Assembly: GCA_043228905.1 (NCBI GenBank)
Contig: JBHGNT010000018.1
Span: 992,001-1,056,000 of the forward strand
DNA from: Azolla caroliniana
Lineage: Eukaryota > Plantae > Polypodiophyta
DNA: 64,000 nucleotides
Direction of reading: 5' to 3'
This document shows, piece by piece, positions 1 through 12,899 of the stretch. How positions within the stretch are numbered: position 1 is the first letter of the stretch; every line of letters begins with the position of its first letter. The translations under genes were made by a program, and so were the position numbers. The notes under the pieces were generated by a model. The model saw nothing but the letters and a program-made list of their open reading frames with translations, searched no databases and was not told the DNA's origin.

Positions 1-361
1 AGCAAGATGGCCCACTATAACACAAACTTTCTATATGCATCAGAGGATGGATTTATACTTGGGCCCTCTTATATGGATATACATCTACGTCATGCATGCA
101 GTGTGATATGGCAGCTGCAGACCTCTTCATGTCAGTTAGACATTGTGGTAGGCAGATATGCATGCACACCTCTGGCCTCTGGAAAATAGAATTTGCCAAT
201 TGTGTCACCAGGGTGTGGAATCTAAAGAGCACTATTTTTGTCACTGCACTTTTTTTTATAAAATAAGGGGAAGATATCATTGCCCTCTAACCAAAGCTTT
301 GGACTATTTTTGCCACTGCACTTTCTTTATAGAATAAGAGGGAGATATCATAAGAGAGTGC

Positions 362-900
362 TTGGGGCTGACTAGAGCTCAAGGGATGCAAGGAGAAGTT
401 GTTGATGAACAACAATACAACCACACAAGCTCATCAACAAAGAACAATCACAACTTTCTTTGTTCCTGTCACTCCTACTCATGCTACAAGTCAATCAAGG
501 GCTACACAAGTGGACTCCACCCCAGCACATTGCGAAAGGGTTGGGTTACAACAGATTGGGCAATAGCAATTTGTTGTGTATGTAGACCACCTCATGGATC
601 GTGATCTTCCCACCCTTGTCATCGACAAATTAAGGCAATTATCTCCCACCATTTCAGGTGCCTCCTGCACTTCAGAGGTTTCTCCATTTTGGATCAACCT
701 ATGCTAGAGATATTTCGAAAACAAAAATTATAATTTATCTGTCTTAAAATCTTACATGTCAATGTGATTCTCTAGACACTTCTATTTTTATTCAGTTACA
801 CTTATTTTGATATGTTGTTCTCAAAGACAAGACAACATTTTAAGATGTAATATCTTGTTTGATTTATAGGCCATTCTGGTCTCTTAAAAGATGTTATTAT
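362..900 (+). mobile_element. LINE 3'-end fragment in a ZRSR2 intron; same family as 55240-56460
   Basis: Collinear similarity with about 55630-56180, including shared blocks GCTACAAGTCAATCAAGGG, GATTGGGCAATAGCAATTT and CCTATGCTAGAGAT. Boundaries approximate. Confidence 0.65.
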
Positions 901-1152
901 ATCTTTCTTTTTTTCTGACACATATATGCTGAAGATGTGATACCCCAACCATAGTGTCACAACAAACTTATATTTGAAAGAGATGCCCCATAATATGTCC
1001 AACATAAAAAAAGAAACAGAACTTCATATATCATTAAAAATTAATGTTTGCTTATTTGCAAAATTATGTTCACACAACTATCTCACCAATGTATATAATT
1101 ATTTTATATTTTATGGGCACAGTAGGCTTTTATTTAAGAAACAGAGGAACAC

Positions 1153-4100
1153 CTGTCATGACGATGATGATGTCTCTCCTTTCTTGCAGATTCCCTCCCT
1201 TCCATTAAGCTGTCTTCACAGGAACTACTTTCACTTTGATGTCTTCTCTTTCTGCAAAATAGAAATCCAATGAGATGACAGACTTCATGAAGCATATCAT
1301 TACAAATATGTCGTTAGTGTACCTCTTGTCACATTTGTGCCTCTGTTTGGTACCATTTATACTAACTACATCCCCTTCTACTGGGCTGACTTTAGGATAT
1401 TGTTCACGATTTTGCCTAGCCCCACATAAAAAGTAAATATTCAGAGATCATCCACTGGGCAATCTTAATCATAGGATCAGTGTACATAATTTCTATGCAG
1501 CATCTACCAGTTGTAATCTTTGCATGTAAAATTCACTGCATCCCTGTCAATTGAGCTCTCCCTATCCAGACTGTATGACATGGTTACAACCAACAATAAA
1601 TAACTTTAAAAAATGTACATTAATAATACCCTGATTATAGACAACTAGAGGAACATATTCACAAGGTTCTACCTCTTATCACGAATTTTGTGATACCTCC
1701 CGTCTTTTGTGCTTTTCCTTCCTTCGGAACCATCATCACTATTTGCATTTTTGTATCGCCTTTCCCAGCAGATATGTTCAAACAATTCAGGAATCAGTAT
1801 CAACAAAGATATTAGAAGATTGACTGACGTCACCTAACTAGATAAGCTTGACTATCAGAACAAATTATACCACCCCTTGCTTGAGCCATTATTTCATGTT
1901 CTAAAATGTACTCCTGAGCCATGTTTTTCAATCATCAACCCTAGAGTACATAAACAGCTCTGACACCAACACATTTTGTACACTAGAATAAAAAAACTCA
2001 GGGCAAGCCACACTCATCCAATTTTGACTGTATACCTTTTGTCATGGCTCCTTTGTCTGTCTTTTCTACTGCCTTCACTTTCTTTCAATATGCTATTTTC
2101 ATAAGAACTGGTCTCACTATGGTCATCTTTGTGTCTCCGTTTCCTGCAAAATAGTAGCAACCACAACGTTTGGATTTCCCTCTTCTAAATCTTCAGCCAA
2201 ACTATAAGACTGGAAAATTTACCTTGATACATGATAATCATGTGAATGATCTGAACTACGTTTTCCTCCATTCCTTGAACTGTATCTATCACTATGGTGC
2301 CTATGCTTATGTCTCCAATCTGTATCCTCCCAGTCACAACTTCTTCCACTGCTAGTTTGCATGGACTTTGGCAGGTGATTATCCCAATCAGCCCACTCAT
2401 ATTCCCCATGAGGATTCCTAAAGCAATGCAGGAAATTACAGGCAGTTCCATGGGAACACACCTGTCAACATTTCCTCATTCAATATCACATATGAATTAC
2501 GATAGAAAGGAAAATAAAACATAGATGTTACAAAACAAGATACAGTACTCTATGACGGGATCGCATGTACTCCCCACAAAGTGCTGCTCTCCACCGTGTC
2601 AATGCAACAAACTCACATGTAATCTAAATTTGCAAAAGTGTTGCGTGAAATTAGACCATCCACATTATATCAAATTCTATGAAAGAAAAATAACAAGCTA
2701 ATGATACCTGTTTCCCAGCATAAAACCGACCATTCATTCCATTATAAGCAGAAATTGCTGAATCCACTGACCTAAATTGTACATAGACATTCCCTCGGAG
2801 GTGAGATGATTCATTTCTGCATACCTGGCAAGAAGTGTACACATTAACAAAGAGAAAAATATAGCTCAATATAACCCAAAGGGATTGTATGCATGGATCA
2901 TTAAAGATAAAACTCTAAAAACACATCCTGATTGACTGTGATTCTATTAGTACCTTAAAACTAACCAGCTCTCCATACTTCATAAACTCTCCATGCACAT
3001 CCTCATAAAATTCTTCATAGTATTGTTTAATTTCTTCATCTGTATACTGCAAATAAGTATCAGCAATCACTCCTTTCATCATTAGAATAAAAAAAGGTCA
3101 AATAAACTGCATGCTCTTACTCACTCTTTAGGCCATATTACTGGATTCTGAGGATGATAATACATCATGGGATGAGATCACCCTAGCCCCATAAAAAAGT
3201 AATTGGAGAGGGACGAAACATGGGTGCAACGAGACACAATTAGTGGCACAGAAGAAACAATAAAGAAATGGGTGATCCACAAGAATTAGAATTAGAATTA
3301 GAATTTTTATCGTCCATAAAGAGCCCAGAAGATTGAATCATGGAGGATCTAAATAGAAATAAGGTGGGCTACAATGCTTGACGAAATAAAACTATCGATT
3401 ACCTCAAGCCTGAGTTAATGGAAGCTAAAGAGGAGATAGCAAAGTTACCAACAAAAGGACTCATGGGTGGAAATGTTCTTGAAGCAATAAAGTGGATTGA
3501 AGTAATAAAGAGATGAAAGCCACGAACATCATAGCCCACCTTACTACAACTTTAACCATTATCAAGTTGACTTTGGAAGAACAAAGGAAATAAGTGAGAT
3601 CCTTTCACATCTGGGTAACTGGGCTCAAGAATAGTGAAAATGTGGAGAAAGAAACAAATGAGCTATATGAACTCATGGGCATGGATAACAAGAAGAGGAA
3701 AGAGGAAGAGACCTGGAGAAGGTAGAGGAAGAAGGTTTTATTCTACAACATGATGTCCTCTACAACATGGTGCTCTCAGAAAACAGGAATTTTCTTTGTG
3801 GATTACCTTACATTGTCCAAATTGCACACAGGAGGGAATGCATACTAGACATCAAGGCAGCTAGAGAGGCAGAAAAAGTTGCTTTCAATAGAGCAGGAAG
3901 AGTGGTGATACTAGGGAGACATATTGTATGACAATGCAAGATATATGGGGCTAGTTTGAAGTCAACATGGGATTGTAATGGGTCATTATGATTGAAAGTG
4001 GGAGCTAACAATTGGCAATGGTTAAGTTTGATGCAAAACCAAATCACGAAACCGTGGCTTAATGGCTTAAATGTTTGGTTAAATTCCAAATTTGAAAAAA

Positions 4101-7100
4101 TCGTTTTTGGTTTAATTTGAAGTTGTATATGTTTGACAGTTTACAGTTTATCAAGCTTCAAATTGTGGCTTAAATTAAATGACTTAAACTGTGATCATGT
4201 GTTCGTTTAACGGCGGATCATTTTGATAATATAAATTGATATAAAAATCATAAACCCTAGCATCTCTGTTATAAATTGAAGTTTTTATATTACCTTCGTA
4301 GACTCATATATTTTTACATATGTTTTCCATATTTTAAAGTTGATAATTTTCATTTCTTTTTAATGCAAAATTATTTGCACAACAGTTTTGGTTTGAGAAC
4401 CTGTTTAAACAGTTGAATTTAAACAATTTCAAGGTTGGGTTTGGTTTGGCTTAAGTTCGAGACTCACAAACCAGTTTGCCTTTGAATCGAATCAGACTTT
4501 TGCTGATTGCTAGTATGTGTCTTAGAGGAGAGTTGCAAAAGCAAATCTTATACCTTCCATTAAAAGACACATCCAGTATCTAGTAACCCTATTACAAAAG
4601 AGTCAATATACATCTAAGAGTGAATTTTCAAACAACAAATATGGTGGAGCAGAGAGCGTAATGGAGTTTCTGTGCTTTTCAAAGAGTTCCAATGTCTCAT
4701 ATACATTGTTCATAAAGATTAGATTGCTGAATACACGTGGGCTAGACTGTGAGCAGATGAGGGGAGACAGCTAAACATTCCTATAGGATATTTCTCTCCT
4801 AGTACTTCCCATTGTGCCTTTTCCTGAGAGCAAATCCTGGTTTTAGATGAGGATATTTGAGCATTCTTGAGAGATGGAGGTGTGATCTTGCTTGAAGAAT
4901 TTAACGCTAGAACTGCATGCCACCAGCCCTCTTTCTCCGAAACTTCAAACAGAGTTGGGCTTAAGTTGGACAGTAGCCACCTGCAATCATCTTATTTGAT
5001 TATAGATGAGGATATTTTGGAGTTCTTGAGAGATAGAGATGTGATCTTGCTAGGACAGCATGCCACCAGCCCTTTTACTTCGATACTTAAGACAGTCGGG
5101 TTTGAGTCAGACATCATGCCACCACCAAGAAATTGATTCAGCATAGTTGGACTTGACAGAACGCACAAGAAATTGATTCAGCATACCAGCATCTGAGGTA
5201 TACTTACAGCTTGGAGACAGATGAGGTATATATGGGAAAGATCTACAAACTCCTTCTGTAGAGAATATCCCACTGCCTTCTCACAGAGTTGACACAGATA
5301 TTGGCTGAGACTCTACTGTGGCTCAGCTTTCCATATACTACCCAGACAAGGAGATCACATTCAGTTACTATAGCTCAGAACAGCCAGTAGTCTAAAGCAA
5401 TGAGAGCCTGACTGAAGAGAAGGGTGATTTAGGCCTCTTTACACACAGTCAGGCACATTATGACTACTTCCAACTCTTCGATGAATCGGAAATTGGTTTA
5501 CTATCTGTCGTCATCCATGGGGGTACTTTGCGGAGCCAAATCTTAATCTCATTTAAGTGGTATGGTGCTGCTAGATGACATTTGGTTCATTATCTTCTTC
5601 ATATATAAGAGGTAGGCAATTTCAGGCGCTACAGCCCTACTTTAACTGGGCCACTTCACGTTTGATTATTATTAACGTGAGAAACAGAATAAAGAAAAGG
5701 CAAGCAAGTTTTACCTGACTTAACTGAAAAGCCATTTTCCTCTCTGCAAACTCCAGGAGAAAGTGGACTTCAGGAAATCAGCAAACCGAAACATCATTGT
5801 AGCTAACGGAAAGGAAATCAACTGAGACTCTGTTAGAACCAGCTAGTGAAAGCAGATTACACAAGGAAAAGGGAAGGCATTGTCTTTAGTCATCTCAACA
5901 GTGAGAAGATGAGCGTCCTTCTATCTCAGTTGAAACAAGATATGTATCAGTTATTTAGGACTCGAGATTCCCCCCATATATCAGGTTATAGAGTGCAAAT
6001 TTGGGTGCCTAGACTTAACAATCATTACAGATCTGGATGCACCATTGGTGGGTGGAAATTGATGGAAAGACCTCCGATGATGCATCACTGATGGATTAGG
6101 TCTGATTCACTTAATCTTCCTAGATTCAGACATCGTGCAAGCTCAGACTCACTTGAATTGTTAAAAAGAATGAAAATGTAGAAGAGATACGGGTAGAGTT
6201 GGCTAGGGGAACCCTTATCAGAGGTGGATTTTGTACTAACTTTGAAGCTTTTTGTGTGATCATATCATAGACAAATAATCATTTTATTTTTCTTTTCTTC
6301 TTTTTATGTCTTTTCTTTTCTGTATCAGGGTTGTACCCTAATGGTAAGCCGTCTTCTTGTTCCCCCACCCATCAGCGTTCAAATATTACTAATTGCACTA
6401 ACTCTTACTAAATGACATTATGGAACATAGGGGATGAGCATAATAACTCCTGGTCTCTGCCGGACAAACTCATCTACTCAGCTATGTATCAATCTCTAGT
6501 CTCTCCCTCTCTCATTTTTTGCTTTAAAAAGGTGGTTATACATACCTATTAGCACCCTCTCTCTCAAACACAAAGTGGAAGACCATCTTTCCCACGACAT
6601 TCTTGGACCAAGCTTTGAGCATTGACCAAAAGAAAGTGAAAAGGGAAAACAAAATTTAAACTTAACACAGTACACAGTGTAATCTTCCATTTGGAATGTA
6701 TAGCTCAAGAACTGATGATCAGTTTATCATGCATAGATATGGCCAAAATCTATGATATCTCTACTCGCATCATAAATACCAAAAGAACTAGCATTACGAC
6801 ATTTAATTTTGATCAATTAAAAGAAAAGAGCAAACCTGACATTAAGAGAATGAAATTTTAGTCTTGCGTGTGGTCTTGGTAGAAGGATAAAGGCAATGCC
6901 TTTATGGTGATCACCAGAAGTTAAAAACATATGTACCCAAAATGATTAAGGAAATCACCACCTAGTGATAAACACATGCCTGTTTTATCAATCCTTACTT
7001 GAATTTTCAAGATTACAAAATACAGACATTTACCAAAAATTGAACATGATGTAAACCGGGATTCATCCATAAACAAGACAAACATAATCAGGATACAACG

Positions 7101-9498
7101 TTAACACACTCTGTCTTATATCTCCCCAGCCATAGCTGCTAGTCCTCGTTGATGGTGTTGTTGAAAGTGTGCTTCTGAGGTTATGGTTTAAGGAGAACAG
7201 TACTAATCTTTCTAATGTGAAGTGACATCAGGCACTGATAAAGTAACATTGAAAAACACTAATTTGTTTAAAACTTGACAGAGCTAAAAAGCTATGACAG
7301 ACCTCCAGCCCTTCATCATGATCCAGTGGTAACCCAGGGCCATTATACATGTTCTTGATAAGTAAAGTACAAGATTTGTCTGGATACACGTGCACTCTGC
7401 TACAATTGACGCCGAATCGGCACACTCCAGTTTTAATGTGAAATGGACAATGGGTTTTATCCTGGAAAATACAAGAAACAACATTAATCAAATGTTATGA
7501 CAGCTGATCTATAAAGGAAATGAAACATTCTTTTCCTATTTTCATGATAGCTTACATATGATGGAGATTTCCCATTAGCTTGAAAAATCTACTGCAAGAA
7601 ATTTTGGAAATCTAAAGAGTAAATTTAATTTTCTCTTAAATGTGAGGGTTACCAAGATAGCTCCATATCATCATTCTTGATGCTTAAACCGATAAACATT
7701 AGATATTCATACACACATACACAGCAAATACACTACCGCATGTATTGCAAAGAGCATTACTGCCGTATGTTTATTGCAGATGGAATAAAGACAACTAGAT
7801 GAGAGCCACATCCCAATTTCTCAAGAATCTATCTATCTATATATATACTTGAAATCATACAATCATCAACATGAAGCATAGATCTCAAAAAGCACTATTT
7901 TGGATATACATCACCATGTTATGAACATGGTAGAAACTTTTAATGGCATACTTTTCCAAGTCTCTAAGTAGCCAATTCACAGCAGACCACTCTAGTGTAT
8001 AGAACAACAAAATATAGACTTGGAATTGCTATCCAGTTTCCTCTCAAAGATTGTTTATGTAGTTAATCTCTCCATTTCCAATAAATGACTACATCTCCAT
8101 GACAAGATTTCATGATTTTGAAATTGAACATGGTATTTTTAATTAATTGATGAAAGTTAATTGAATTAAGTAAATGGCTTACCTGTTCTGTCCCAAAATT
8201 TGGAGTTTGTTCAATAGTAGTTAAGGGGTTTGATCGGGCCAATTTCTTTTGTTCCTCAAATGCAGCCATTTGTGGAGGCAACGGATTTGAAACAGGACGT
8301 TCACGATCACGATGCATGTTCATTGGAGCCAAAGGATTTGATACTGGTTGGTCATCCTGAATAAAGCCATACTTCAATCAATGAGTCATAAAATGAGAAA
8401 ATGATGGGCTCAGTCAAAGAAATATCAGCCAAATTCGCTAAACTTTGGGTTCAAAATATTTAGGAAGGTAACAAAATCCAATACAAATATTTCAATTTTT
8501 CTACAAAGTTCCTAGATAATTGTAATATCTCCTTCCAATTTCCTATTATGTCACAAAACTTGGCAGAAACTAATACCTTTATTCACTAAAATGACAGTCT
8601 AAATTTGGAATTTGCAAGTTGAAAATATTTATAAAGGCAATAAGATCAAACAGAAGTATATTTTTTCTATGAACTTTCTGTAAATTTCTGGTGCTTTCTC
8701 CCAATTTCCGACAATTTCATGCATGATTCAGACTGAGAAGGGAACTTAGCAAGCTTTGATACTAAATTGTTATGAATATGTGGATTTTTCTCTCAGTTTT
8801 GGACACGTGTCTGAAAAAAATAAATTAACGAGAGAAAATCAAACCCAAACTATAGACTCTCTGCGAAATTCCTACAAATTTATGTGTTCCCAATCTCCAA
8901 TTAATTCATGCATGAAAAATTGAATAAATACACAACATAAATATATACTTTTCAACTAGCTTCCTATAAGATTTAGTAAAGAAAACTCTGCCAATTCGTA
9001 AACATGATATATCTGAAGCAAGAATAGAATTACCTTGTCGGATATGGTTTTCTGATACTCGCTTCTTCGAATTCGAACCTTCTTCTTGCGAACAATGATC
9101 TCATTTCCTTCCCATATGATCTCTGGGGGAGCATCGTCATCAACATACATCCACTCTTCTTCTTCTTCTTTCCTTCGTTCTTCATCTTCTTTTCTCTTTC
9201 TTTCCGCATCTTCTTGAGCTTTCTTTTCTCGCTCAAGCCAAAGTTTCTCCTGGATTTCTAGCTCTTTTCTTTCTTTTTCCATAGCTTCAGATTCTTTCTG
9301 AATAAGGATGGGATCTTGAAGAAGTCGTTCTGCTTCGATTCGAGCCTCACCTGCGGCTTTCTGTCTGATCTGCCTACGCTTCTCTTTCTTTAAGTTCTTC
9401 CGTTTCTGCTTACGTGATAGTACAGTAGGAAGGGGTACTTCTTCGTTCTGAGGTTTCTCCACGGCCATGCCAATGGCCATCGCCATCGCCATCGCCAT
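1153..9498 (-). CDS. ZRSR2: U2AF35-related CCCH-UHM-CCCH splicing factor (ZRSR2/URP; maize RGH3-like), multi-exon; 3' end uncertain
   Basis: In-frame GT-AG exons: 9034-9498, 8183-8356, 7303-7461, 2954-3046, 2708-2824, 2549-2623, 2223-2461, 2036-2143, 1323-1415, 1153-1251. Possible further exons at 1673-1765 and a terminal exon 136-178. Motifs: charged N-terminus, [31 protein letters not shown] (CCCH1), UHM with [17 protein letters not shown] and [10 protein letters not shown]...[34 protein letters not shown] (CCCH2), R/S/H-rich tail. Confidence 0.92.
3200..6320 (+). mobile_element. Degenerate LINE (ORF1-like and APE-endonuclease remnants) in ZRSR2 intron 3, antisense to the host gene
   Basis: [11 protein letters not shown] at about 4879-4914 resembles the APE motif GDFNA, and this block is locally duplicated at about 5020-5060. 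ORF1-like end (...[17 protein letters not shown]) at about 3860-3910, T/C-rich tail at about 6280-6320, many stops. Boundaries approximate. Confidence 0.55.
4006..4512. mobile_element. hAT-type MITE, old copy
   Basis: Ends TAACAATTGGCAATGGTT ... TTGCTGATTGCTA match the TIRs of 41795-42179 and 43844-44136. TSD decayed. Confidence 0.7.
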
Positions 9499-11329
9499 CG
9501 TCGAATTCTCTGCAAGTTTTTTCCTTCGTCTACCTTATTCTTCTTCTTCTTCTTCTTCTTCCAAATATTTTTATATTTCCCAAAATGCCCTCTTCTTTTC
9601 CTCCATTTTTCCTTAATTCCACAAATGCCCTCCTCTTATTGCTATTCCCCAGAAATACCCCCAAACCTTCACTCAATTTCCACAATCACCCTCAAGGGTT
9701 GTGAGCTTTGCGATCTAAAGCTTGAGCATTAACTAACCGCTTGAAGGCAAGCACCTTGCCCAAGCCTTGAGTCAAGGGGTGGGATATCTCAAAGCTCTAC
9801 ACTCCCTAAACCCTAAATGCCGAGGATTGGGAGCATGAGCACTCAAACTTGAGTTGTCCTTTGAGGATTTGCCTCCTTGAAGGCTCTACATAGTTGTTTC
9901 GAAGCAAGGGCACTCCATAGTCTTGTGGATTGCAAACTTGATGCGCTTAAAGGCTTTAAACCATCAAGCACTCTCCTTTCCCTGTTCATAGCTCGAAGGT
10001 TTTGTTCAAGTGCTTTAAGCCTAACATAGGGTGGCAAGTATAGGGTTTCGAAAAGTAAGAGGGTGAAGTAACAAGAAACCACAAGTGAGTTTAGAGGAGA
10101 TCCTTGAGTTTGGCGTAGTGAGTCTATGATCAACAACCCTGTCGCCTTTTGCTATCATAGGCCTCCTATGTACCACCTTGATTCGCTATTGCATGGTAAT
10201 TCATGCATCGCAAAAGTACATCTCCCTTTCAATTTTAAGACCCATTTCAGCACTCCTTTGAACATAACCTTGACCTATTATAAACTTAGTTTCTAGGTGC
10301 TTTTCTCCATTGCACATACCACATCGTGACACAATAAGAGGTTCTTTCCCTTTATCAAGTTGATCGTCCAAGGGAGTTGGACCACTGTATTCCATATCAG
10401 TGACAAGTCGGTCGAGGACGATGTTAATCACAAATTCTCTCCTCCTCCCTCAAGTGAGACTATAATTAAGAAATTATTGGAGCCCTTGTATGACTTGGGC
10501 CTTAAGTATTTATACTATAAGACAAAGTTGCCTAATAAAATATTAACCATGCCTTAGTCAAATGAGTTATTATGTGATACATCCAACATAGAGAGTGATA
10601 ACAATGTCGATAACTAACACATGGCCTTCATCAACCACTCGACCAGTAGAAAGGAATATACGGGAGCTTTAACTTAGATATTAGTAAGGCTCAAGACTTA
10701 CAGCTCAAGAAGAAGCTAAAAAGTTACCAAAAACTGGCTTTCATATCTCTTTTACAAAAGGTTTGTTTCCTTCCACATAGGGGTGTCCATTTGGCCTAAA
10801 GCTCTAGTGCAAGGTTTTTTAGAAAAAAAAGAAACCAAAAAATAGATTGCCATAGACACGGGTTCAAATGACTCTTATTATTTGGGTTTCCTATTTGTGC
10901 ATGCATGCATGCTGGTTTAAGTAGTTTCGTCTATCCATTGAATCTACAAACACGGTATCGTAAGTACCAATGATGGTGACCGCATTTGCTGGCATGTGAT
11001 TTTTTAACGTAAAGTCGGGTCCTTGTAAATAAGCGAAGCTAGGTGCTCTTATTTTTTATTTTATTGTGAAAAGAGATATGCCTTGGTATAATTATAAAAT
11101 CACAAGAAATACAAAAGTTGTGTTGGATAAAGAAGTATACCGACCGACTCCATTGTGCTCACATCATAGCTTATTTGATGTGTCTATACAAGAACTACAC
11201 ATATTTGTACACCATATCTCCAAGATTTGTATGGTCTACTCTTGCCAAACTGCAATTGAGCATGCAATGTAACCACAAAATCTGTAGCAACAAAGTGTCC
11301 ATAAACAAAGTTAGTAGACATTGTTTCCC

Positions 11330-11760
11330 AAAATGACGGGAACAATATATATTCATATTATGTGATCTCCATCTTCCCTAAAAATGTGCATCGAATCCCA
11401 TAACCTTTTTAAATGCATTTGCTTCTTGAAAATGGCATCAACATTGCATGTAAAACTTTCATATTGATCACATAATGTATGGATAAGTAACAGCCAAATT
11501 TCGACAATTATAACAGAAACATCCCGAGTGGCGTTGTCAAATACTAATGTACATCACGCCTTCCAAATTATCCACATCAGAATAGATGAAATTGTCTTCC
11601 AAATAATATCATCCCTAAATTGCAAACTATCACTTATAAGCCAGGTGCTCTTATTTTACAATAATAAAGATGATTAGTTCCATTATTAACGGAGAACACA
11701 CCAGATTCTCCTTTAAGTACTTGGACAGTTCATGAGGATTGAAGGATAGTTCATGTCCGA
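11330..11760 (-). mobile_element. L1 LINE ORF2 C-terminal fragment
   Basis: Minus strand reads IWKTISSILMWIIWKA*CTLVFDN...IVEIWLLLIHTLCDQY, homologous to the C-terminus of the L1 at about 15600-15670 (VKEIWLMLLHTLR). Confidence 0.65.
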
Positions 11761-12899
11761 AGGACCTGGGAGATGCGTGAGAGAGAGAGAGAGAGTCAGA
11801 TTCACTCCATTATTCCCCCTTTTTTTAGTATTGTATTTAGTCTTTAGTGTCCTTGCAATGCCTTTATCTCCATGAGTCATGTGTCATGCTACATATGACA
11901 AAGGCTTAACATCCATCACGTGGTAACTGGATACGTCTCACAATCTTCAAGAGGCCAATCTCTAAGCCATTCTAGGATTTCCTTATCTATAACATGCTGG
12001 TTAAAACACAATAATATATATCCAAACAACTACCATGATCATATGTATAGAACCAATTGGGGTATTGGGCATAACATAAAAGCGATATTGGAGGATCATT
12101 CATTGGTAAGGGTCATAAAGGTCTCTACGAGATTCTAGGAAGTGTTGCCTCTTGGGTTTGATGACCAAAATGAACGCTTCCCCCATCATTTTGAACCCTC
12201 TTAAGAGTATCTCTTCAAATACTCAAGGGGGGCAAGGAACTAGAACACTTGGAAGCCAATCAAGAAATCTAGATTAAAAATAGAGAAATTTTAATATGTC
12301 ACATTTTATAGTTGGTGAAACACTTTGTCAACTGTTAGAACAAGAAGGGACAACAATAGGGAGGGATTCATTGGAGAGTTCTAACTAACACAACAAATGC
12401 CTAACTAAAAAATAACTCAATCTTTAATTTGACCAAGTAATCACACCCTCCACAATCCAATTCATTGATGATGCATGTAAGTAGGATGTTATTCAGCTAC
12501 ATGAAAATCCTATTTATGTTGGGGAAAACAAGAGTAGATGGGAAATATATTTGAATGGGACTCGCATAGTACGTAATATACTCGAATGCATTGGCAAATA
12601 TTATTTTTCATATAAATGCATATGTTATCAAAACATTCTTATGTGTTTTTTTTACAATTTTTACCTTAACTTTCTTACCTTAAAAAAACTCTATAATAAA
12701 TAATGAATACAAAAGTATGGTATTTACCATACTTCCATGGTGTTTACCATACTCGAATGATTGAAACATTCACGTATGAGAATGCACATATGGTTCGTAT
12801 GGTTCATACTATGAATGAGGTAAAAAATGCAACACACTTTTCCAGTGCTTCGATACCATCCTTTCATAAGGTGTCATTTTACCTATCACCTTTTTTCAT

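Noticed and set aside
2536-2548. U12-type donor GTATCTTG near the end of ZRSR2 exon 6
   Set aside because: It is out of phase with the next acceptor, while the GT at 2548 gives the conserved reading frame.
9720-10600. Possible gag-like remnant (DKGKEP...CGMC) upstream of ZRSR2
   Set aside because: Too short and degraded to assign, with no LTR or pol evidence.
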